Positions 58,521 through 64,000 of a stretch of 64,000 nucleotides of DNA are shown piece by piece. Under the pieces are notes generated by a model. The model was not told where the DNA came from and did no database searches. It saw only the letters and a program-made list of their open reading frames with translations. A program made the position numbers and the translations under genes. How positions within the stretch are numbered: the stretch's first letter is position 1; each line of letters begins with the position of its first letter. This DNA comes from Candidatus Uhrbacteria bacterium (GTDB taxonomy: Bacteria > Patescibacteriota > Patescibacteriia > UBA9934), in assembly GCA_943354605.1 (NCBI GenBank), contig CALRCK010000003.1, positions 14,902 through 78,901 of the forward strand, given 5' to 3'.

Positions 58521-59582
58521 TTATTTTTTCGTGATTGTTGCCGAACCAAGGTAGACGTGCGTGCTGTCGGCAGGATCCACCAACAACGCCATTGCTGCGC
58601 GGGTCGATGGGAGCTCGCTCGTCGTCCATGCGCTACCGCTAGATGTTGAACGATTCACTGTGGAATCGGTTCCGTAGTAAATGATGTCCCCGTTGTCTGG
58701 CGCGACCGCAACCGAGTAGATGCGTACTTCACCGCTCGCCGAAATTAAGGACACGCCAGACCACGTTGCTCCCTTGTCCTTAGACACAAGCAAACCATAC
58801 TGCGTATTCATGACGACGACAGATCCGTCACTATTTTGAGCAAATCCGTACACGCGGTCCGACGACTTGTAGTCTTTCAACGTCTTTTCAAAGCTCACCC
58901 AATTTGCACCACTGTCTTCGGTACGCTGTAAACCGCTCGTTTTTGTTCCAACAAACACAATTCTGCTGTCTGCGCCGCTAATCGCAAGTGCGGTTACCGA
59001 TGAATCGGTTCGCGTCATCGTGCTCCAGCTTCCACCACCGTCTACCGATCGAATCACGTCGCCTGCGCTGTTGCCAATCCAAATAATTGAAGGATCGTAC
59101 CAATCAAGTGCCATCGCAGAAATAGTCGTCTTTGCCTGACTTTCCACGTACACACCAGTGTCGAACGTTCGGCCGCAGTCAACCGTCTTCATCACGCGAT
59201 CTTCCTTTGCCACAAAGTATGTACAGACATCCTTCGAGCTCACCGCAATCGCAACGATTGCACCAGACGTTGCGAGCGTCTCCTCTGGCCGTTGCCACGA
59301 TGCACCGCTGTCCAAGGAATAGAACATGCCATTGGCCACCGTGCCCGCATAAATTGCGGAACTGTCCTGCGGATCAACCGCGAACGTCGTCACATCAACG
59401 TTCTCGAGCGAACTCGTTCCTGTTGCGGTTGGCACGATCGCAGTTTGTTCCCACGTCTTCGACGCGTCGGTGGACTGCCAAATACCACCCGTGGTGATGG
59501 CGGTGTTGGCGCCACCAAAGCACCCCGCACCGGTTACTGTGAGTGCCGCAAACGCAGCACCAAGGCGAAAAAGTTTATTCAT
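58521..59582 (-). CDS. secreted BNR/Asp-box repeat beta-propeller protein (Ycf48/sialidase-like)
   Basis: Signal peptide then repeated S-x-D-x-G-x-T/S-W Asp-box motifs (SLDSGASWQ, SVDGGGSWS, TEDSGANWV, SKDKGATWS). Confidence 0.55.
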   Translation of the reverse strand: MNKLFRLGAAFAALTVTGAGCFGGANTAITTGGIWQSTDASKTWEQTAIVPTATGTSSLENVDVTTFAVDPQDSSAIYAGTVANGMFYSLDSGASWQRPEETLATSGAIVAIAVSSKDVCTYFVAKEDRVMKTVDCGRTFDTGVYVESQAKTTISAMALDWYDPSIIWIGNSAGDVIRSVDGGGSWSTMTRTDSSVTALAISGADSRIVFVGTKTSGLQRTEDSGANWVSFEKTLKDYKSSDRVYGFAQNSDGSVVVMNTQYGLLVSKDKGATWSGVSLISASGEVRIYSVAVAPDNGDIIYYGTDSTVNRSTSSGSAWTTSELPSTRAAMALLVDPADSTHVYLGSATITKK

Positions 59583-60330
59583 ACTTCCCTAATTGTAGCG
59601 CAAGTTGCTCGAAGGCGATTGTGGAATTCCCGTTTCCTGCGATTCGCTCTCGCGTTTTGAGCACCGCATCGAGCGCCTTCGACGTGGCGCGTCCCGATCG
59701 TTCCAGCTCACCAACCAAAGCACCAAGGAGTTCGTCCAGATCCAGAACGTCCCGTTTCCCAAGGCTTTGGGCAACTTTCAGCCGGTCGACGAGGGACGAC
59801 GAGGTAAGGCTTTTCACGTCCTCGAGGCATTCTGACGAAACTGCGCGGTCGAGGTTCGGTGCAAACGGAATGGTGACGGTTCGCGAAAGGACTGTGGGTA
59901 ACATCGCCGAAAGTTCGTGGACCACGAGGATAACAACGGTTTTTCCCGCCGGCTCTTCCAGTGTTTTGAGGAGCGCGTTCTGTGCAGCAACCGATAACAC
60001 GTTTGCGTCGTCGAAGATTGCCACCGTCCGGCCATGAACCGCCGATTGACCGAGCCTGGTCAGCGCGTCACGAATATCGTCCAAATCGTAGGCTTTCGAT
60101 CCGGAATCGCGCACAATCGGCACCATGGCAATGAAGTCCGGATGCCGCGAAAGCTCGTCATTCGACACGCCAAGCAGTGCCGCGGCGAGCGCTCGGGCAA
60201 CCGTCGCCTTCCCTGAATGCTCAGCCCCAGCAAGCACCAAACCGTGCGGAACCGTGTCGCGATTCAGCATGCTCAAAAGTGCCGAAATCTGCGGTTTATG
60301 GCCGGAAATATGCGAAAAGTTGTCCATCAT
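59575..60330 (-). CDS. holB: DNA polymerase III delta-prime subunit
   Basis: Start at MMDNFSHISGHKPQISALLS; AAA+ clamp-loader fold with HGLVLAGAEHSGKAT P-loop region. Confidence 0.7.
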   Translation of the reverse strand: MMDNFSHISGHKPQISALLSMLNRDTVPHGLVLAGAEHSGKATVARALAAALLGVSNDELSRHPDFIAMVPIVRDSGSKAYDLDDIRDALTRLGQSAVHGRTVAIFDDANVLSVAAQNALLKTLEEPAGKTVVILVVHELSAMLPTVLSRTVTIPFAPNLDRAVSSECLEDVKSLTSSSLVDRLKVAQSLGKRDVLDLDELLGALVGELERSGRATSKALDAVLKTRERIAGNGNSTIAFEQLALQLGKYE

Positions 60331-60439
60331 ATGCTTGACTTTTCGTGACTTTTCTGCTATTCTACCCGGTTCGCTTTGTTTCCGATAGGAGACGAATGCG
60401 GCCCATCCACCCAACCCTGTTCCTGCCCGGAGTTTCCGC

Positions 60440-60868
60440 ATGACCACTCTTCCCGACGACACCGTTACCACCCCCGCCACCGATGGCGCCGCGATCAGCG
60501 ACGAACTCACGATACCGATCGATCCAGCCAAGGCCGCGCGCATCGCCGCGATCAACGCTGAGGAAGATCGGCTCGGCAAGATCGTGGCTCAGAAGGCGAA
60601 GGCTGTCCGCGACGAGGAGTTTTTCCGCCGCACGCCGTGGTGGATGATCCCCACCTCCGAAGAGCAGAAGGCCAAGCGGAAGGAGGCGGCGGCGTTCGAG
60701 GTGGATCTCGCAACGGCCATGTACAGCGGCATCCCCTTCAACCAGATCCCGAACCCGGTCTCGAACCGTGGGAAGGAAGCGAAGGCGATGCGCGAGGCTG
60801 CCGAGAAGCGCGAGAAGCGCCGCACGGCCGACAAGGCCCGTCGCGACCGCAAGCGCGCCAACACGTAG
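60440..60868 (+). CDS. hypothetical basic/charged protein encoded in a GC-rich patch
   Basis: 142 aa rich in K/R/E/A (KRKEAAAFE...EKREKRRTADKARRDRKRANT). Local GC is well above the window average. Antisense ORFs here are rejected. Confidence 0.4.
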   Translation: MTTLPDDTVTTPATDGAAISDELTIPIDPAKAARIAAINAEEDRLGKIVAQKAKAVRDEEFFRRTPWWMIPTSEEQKAKRKEAAAFEVDLATAMYSGIPFNQIPNPVSNRGKEAKAMREAAEKREKRRTADKARRDRKRANT

Positions 60869-61030
60869 AGGTTCCACCGTTCCGCACCCACGCCCACAAC
60901 CACAACGCGGTTCATCAGACGAACCATCACGCACGGAGATTCCAGGAGAATTTCCGTCGCCCCGAGTGCATGAAGATATTCGTGCCCTCAGTGCGAGATA
61001 TCGCAAATTGAAATCAAAACGACTTTAGAC

Positions 61031-61158
61031 AGAGAACCTTCCCAGTTTAGTCCAGTTTCGGTGCGCGACGAAGATTGGATCGTCAAGGCGTACTTCATGG
61101 TACGCCGTCGATACAATCGAGGAGCAAGCCGAAAATGGGCAAACTGGGAAGGTTCTCT
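61031..61158 (+). ncRNA. candidate structured RNA, copy B (family shared with 23052..23175)
   Basis: 128-nt element closed by a perfect 18-bp helix AGAGAACCTTCCCAGTTT / AAACTGGGAAGGTTCTCT. Conserved core blocks AGTTTCGGTGCGC, GGCGTACTTCATGGTACGCCG and AGCAAGCCGAAAAT are shared with copy A. Four helix positions differ from copy A, all compensated. Confidence 0.5.
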
Positions 61159-61369
61159 CTAGAGTTCTGGAGGCGGAGAGATGGCTATTGTCCACAAGTA
61201 ATTTTGTGCACTCTAGCCGACACGCCAGCGGACGATTGGGTTTCGACTCACCCGTTCCACAGAGGTGGGTCATGGCGTACATCAACTTCGGCTGATCACT
61301 TCGCCCGATCCCCTCCAGTATTGTATAGAGAACATCAAAACCCCCGACATGCTTTGGGGGTTTTGGTTT

Positions 61370-62101
61370 TCACTGCTTCATCCCACTCCATTCCTCAATC
61401 TTCCCGGCGGTGTGCCAGGCAAGCTCGAGGGTGGCGCGGCAGACGTCGGCGATGGCTTGGGAGCGGATTTCAATAGCGACGGGAGTATGAGCAAAAGACA
61501 ACAGAAGCACACGGTCAGCGCGAACACGAATCTCCCCGCTCACTGAGAGCACCGAGTGCGGAATGTACCGAACGTCCTCAAGCGCGGTCAGTGATATTCC
61601 ATCCACGACAACAATGCTCTTCATCCGTTTCGCGGAGTCGGACGCAATACGACGAGGCGTTTCAGAAAACAACTGAATGCCATCGCCAGGAAGAAGTTCA
61701 AATTCGCAACACGCCACCGTAATGTCTTCTTCGGTATCGATGTACCGCACTGCAGAACATAACCCACCACCAATTGACGAAAGTGCCTGCAAATTCGGGA
61801 GCAGTGATTCAAATCGTTCGAGCCGCGATGCGCACGTTCGTCGCTGCTCCTCTAACTTCTCGCGAATTGTCATTGGCGATTGCATGACAAACGTCTTTTC
61901 CTTTCCAGAACTCTTCGACCGCGCCAAACCATGATGAACGAGCGACATCATCACGTCGTGCGCCGTTGGTCGTGCTAACGAAAATCGCTCACCAACTTCT
62001 CGCGCAGTCATTTCCCCCTTTTGTGCTAGGAGAACGTACGCTTGGGCAATGCGCTCAGAAAATCCAAGCGTCGTCAGTGCATCAACGAGTTCTGTCATCA
62101 T
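61370..62101 (-). CDS. TrmB-family transcriptional regulator
   Basis: N-terminal winged HTH LGFSERIAQAYVLLAQKGEMTAREV...PTAHDVMMSLVHHGLA plus a C-terminal sugar-binding-like domain. Confidence 0.55.
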   Translation of the reverse strand: MMTELVDALTTLGFSERIAQAYVLLAQKGEMTAREVGERFSLARPTAHDVMMSLVHHGLARSKSSGKEKTFVMQSPMTIREKLEEQRRTCASRLERFESLLPNLQALSSIGGGLCSAVRYIDTEEDITVACCEFELLPGDGIQLFSETPRRIASDSAKRMKSIVVVDGISLTALEDVRYIPHSVLSVSGEIRVRADRVLLLSFAHTPVAIEIRSQAIADVCRATLELAWHTAGKIEEWSGMKQ

Positions 62102-62166
62102 ATGCTCTCAGTATGCAAAAAGAGCCGAATGGCTCTTGTGCATGAACGAAAAAAGTTGTTCGATGA

Positions 62167-63306
62167 TTACCGAATAGCGACGGCGCGTCGCAACGCTTTC
62201 CAAGTTTCTGCCGCGGTAGCTTCCCACGAAAATTTCTGTGCCTGTATAAATCCACGGGAACGATATTCTTCTCGCTTTTCGGTATCAACCATCAACACGA
62301 GCGCCGCCGACAGCGCAGCCACATCGTTCGGCGACACCAAAACCGCCGCTTGTCCGCACACCTCGCGCATCACGGCAATATTCGACGCAATCACCGGCGC
62401 GCCATGTTCCATCGCCTCAAGAACAGGAATACCGAATCCTTCAGCCACCGACGGGAACGCAAAGCACATTGCATGCGCAAGAAGCTTCGATGCATCGTGG
62501 TCGGAAATGTATCCGGGGAGGCGAACCGAATCTGCAATTTTCTCTTCGGCAATTGCGCGACGGATGTCTGCCTCGCCATAGCCAAACGATCCCGCAAGCA
62601 CTAACACATACGGGCTCCCCGCGCCGTACTTGCGTTTCAACGCCGCAAATGCACGGATGAGGAGAACCGTGTTTTTCTTTTTCTCCAAACGGCTGATCGA
62701 AAGAATGTATTGTCCGGAAGTGATCTGTAATTTACGCAAGAGGTCTGAAGCCTGCTGGATCCCCGCCTGCGCGGGGATGACGGAAAGGGTAGGCGCGAGC
62801 GGCGTGACAACAATCCGATCGGATGCAACGTGATAGTGCGATTCAAGGTCGGCTTTCGTGGCGTTCGATGGCGTCAGTAAAACTTTGGCTCGCCGAATGG
62901 CATTCTGCACTGCAAGCTCTTGCCGCTGACGCGAGGCCGGATCGTAGACTTGAGGATTCATCGCGAATGCAACGTCGTGGATGGTGGTGACGACCGGAAT
63001 CGATTTCGGTGCAAGCAAAGAAATTTCATGTGCAGGAACAAATACCACGCTTGGCCGATGCATCATAAGTTCGAACCCAAGCCGAAAGTGTGTCCAGCCT
63101 TTTGGAAGAAAAAACGGGAGAACTTTCCAGGACCAACCTTGCGGGAGATCGATCCCAGCCGGAATCGAACGAACGTACAACAGGACGTTCTCATCAGCTT
63201 CGAGCGGCATTTTCATCATCGCACTCAATAAAAAATACACGTAACGCTCAACGCCAGTCGGATTCAATCGTGTCAGCGCATTCGCATCAATGCCGTATGT
63301 TTTCAT
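62167..63306 (-). CDS. glycosyltransferase family 1 (GT4-type, GT-B fold)
   Basis: 379 aa; C-terminal nucleotide-sugar-binding motif (FAFPSVAEGFGIPVLEAMEHGAPVIASN). Contains an in-frame family-1 palindromic element at 62755..62781 encoding VIPAQAGIQ in the interdomain linker. Confidence 0.8.
   Translation of the reverse strand: MKTYGIDANALTRLNPTGVERYVYFLLSAMMKMPLEADENVLLYVRSIPAGIDLPQGWSWKVLPFFLPKGWTHFRLGFELMMHRPSVVFVPAHEISLLAPKSIPVVTTIHDVAFAMNPQVYDPASRQRQELAVQNAIRRAKVLLTPSNATKADLESHYHVASDRIVVTPLAPTLSVIPAQAGIQQASDLLRKLQITSGQYILSISRLEKKKNTVLLIRAFAALKRKYGAGSPYVLVLAGSFGYGEADIRRAIAEEKIADSVRLPGYISDHDASKLLAHAMCFAFPSVAEGFGIPVLEAMEHGAPVIASNIAVMREVCGQAAVLVSPNDVAALSAALVLMVDTEKREEYRSRGFIQAQKFSWEATAAETWKALRRAVAIR
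62755..62781. repeat. family-1 palindromic element (CTGGATCCCCGCCTGCGCGGGGATGAC) inserted in frame in the GT1 gene
   Basis: Identical 27-mer to the secA copy; translated as VIPAQAGIQ in both host genes. Confidence 0.8.
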
Positions 63307-63315
63307 ACGAATCGA

Positions 63316-64000
63316 TTATGCCGTAAACAAGCTTCGTTTGTAAGACTCAAGATTCTCAAGAGCCAAACCTGTTCCCTTTGCCACGCAAAGCTGAGGGTCT
63401 TCCGCGAGATACGTTGGCACGCCGGTGGCTTCGGCGATTAAACGGTCGAGGTTGCGGAGCTGGGACGATCCACCGGAGATGACAATGCCTTTATCCATCA
63501 CGTCAGCAGAAAGTTCTGGAGGAGTAACCGTGAGCACTTCTTTGAGTGTCGACAAAATTCCCTCAAGGAGCGGCTGAATTGCTTCCGTGACGTCGTCTGA
63601 TGTGACTTCGATGATCTTTGGCAAGCCCGTAATCATGTCGCGGCCCTTCACTTCCATGCGAAGCTTATCGGTAAGGTACATCGCGGAGCCGCAACGAATC
63701 TTGATGTCTTCAGCAGTGCGCTCGCCAATCGCCAGACCGTATGTTCGACGGATATGTTCCATGATGGCTTGATCCATCTTTACACCACCGATACGAACTG
63801 ATGTTGAGGCGACAATTCCACCAAGAGAAATAACCGCCATCTCGCTCGTACCGCCACCAATTTCCACAATCATGTGACCATTCGGCGAACCGATGGGAAT
63901 ATTCGCGCCGATAGCGGCGACAATCGGCTGCTTGATGATATATGCGCTCTTTGCACCAGCAGAGATTGCGGCGTCGACGACCGCGCGCCGCTCGGTGGAA
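63316..64000 (-). CDS. mreB: rod shape-determining protein MreB (5' end beyond window)
   Basis: C-terminal actin-fold sequence (IVISGGSSQLRNLDRLIAEATGVPTYLAEDPQLCVAKG). The reading frame continues to the window edge, so the N-terminus is missing. Confidence 0.85.
   Translation of the reverse strand, partial: STERRAVVDAAISAGAKSAYIIKQPIVAAIGANIPIGSPNGHMIVEIGGGTSEMAVISLGGIVASTSVRIGGVKMDQAIMEHIRRTYGLAIGERTAEDIKIRCGSAMYLTDKLRMEVKGRDMITGLPKIIEVTSDDVTEAIQPLLEGILSTLKEVLTVTPPELSADVMDKGIVISGGSSQLRNLDRLIAEATGVPTYLAEDPQLCVAKGTGLALENLESYKRSLFTA

Noticed and set aside
60362-61006. 214-aa minus-strand ORF and other overlapping ORFs in the 60.4-61.0 kb GC-rich patch
   Set aside because: They are Arg/Gly-rich mirror frames of the plus-strand basic protein. 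Only one frame can be real, and the plus frame has the ATG at 60440 immediately after the holB upstream region.
61169-61265. Calling the sequence after RNA-element copy B a functional tRNA
   Set aside because: It resembles tRNA-Trp only in isolated segments, and no 3' acceptor strand complements GGAGGCG. It is treated as a decayed remnant and reported as a finding, not a feature.

Overview
This 64-kb window comes from a compact, gene-dense bacterial chromosome with tightly packed operons and some GTG/TTG starts. It may belong to a reduced-genome lineage such as Patescibacteria/CPR, but that cannot be proven from this window alone.

Core genes, by coordinate:
- secA at 1899..4733 (-).
- murC, hpf and murB at 5980..8852 (-).
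- glyA (+) and folD (+).
- An apparent uvrB, 828-aa unknown gene, uvrA operon at 11644..18764 (-).
- pyrH, a rhodanese, rplU, rpmB, an ECF sigma factor with a putative anti-sigma factor, DedA and a CYTH protein.
- A minus-strand tRNA cluster: Thr-GGU, Tyr-GUA, Thr-UGU.
- A MacAB-like efflux trio (membrane-fusion protein, ATPase, FtsX-like permease).
- pyrD, a GH-A-clan glycoside hydrolase, an rpmG that is absent from the ORF track, tpiA, an M16 peptidase, frr, holB, a TrmB-like regulator, a GT1 glycosyltransferase and the 3' part of mreB.

Accessory region: an integrated element begins at tRNA-Trp (23184..23257), and a large serine recombinase gene overlaps the tRNA 3' end. The element carries a Rep_trans-like protein, an XRE repressor with an ImmA/IrrE protease and a Bro-N/DinD-like protein, a GC-rich foreign gene, a nitroreductase, a secreted TSP3-repeat protein and a type IB topoisomerase. 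It appears to end before pyrH at about 33.9 kb.

Signals of most interest:
1. A family of 25-27 bp palindromic elements (GTCATCCCCGCG-N4-GGCGGGGATCC) occurs at five loci (six copies). Three copies are inserted in frame inside secA, uvrB and the GT1 gene, which is RPE-like behaviour.
2. A second family of nested GTCAT...ATGAC palindromic elements, 72-91 bp long, has three copies.
3. Two homologous intergenic elements of about 125 nt (23052..23175 and 61031..61158) share a conserved core. Their closing helices differ by four fully compensated base-pair changes, which fits an undescribed structured RNA. Copy A lies 8 nt upstream of tRNA-Trp and copy B lies 10 nt upstream of a decayed tRNA-like sequence.
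4. An 828-aa HExxH-containing protein sits inside the uvrB-uvrA operon.
5. Two adjacent gene cassettes share an identical palindromic operator/promoter motif and an identical 39-bp terminator.
6. Three GC-rich compositional islands are present.

No CRISPR array and no rRNA were found.
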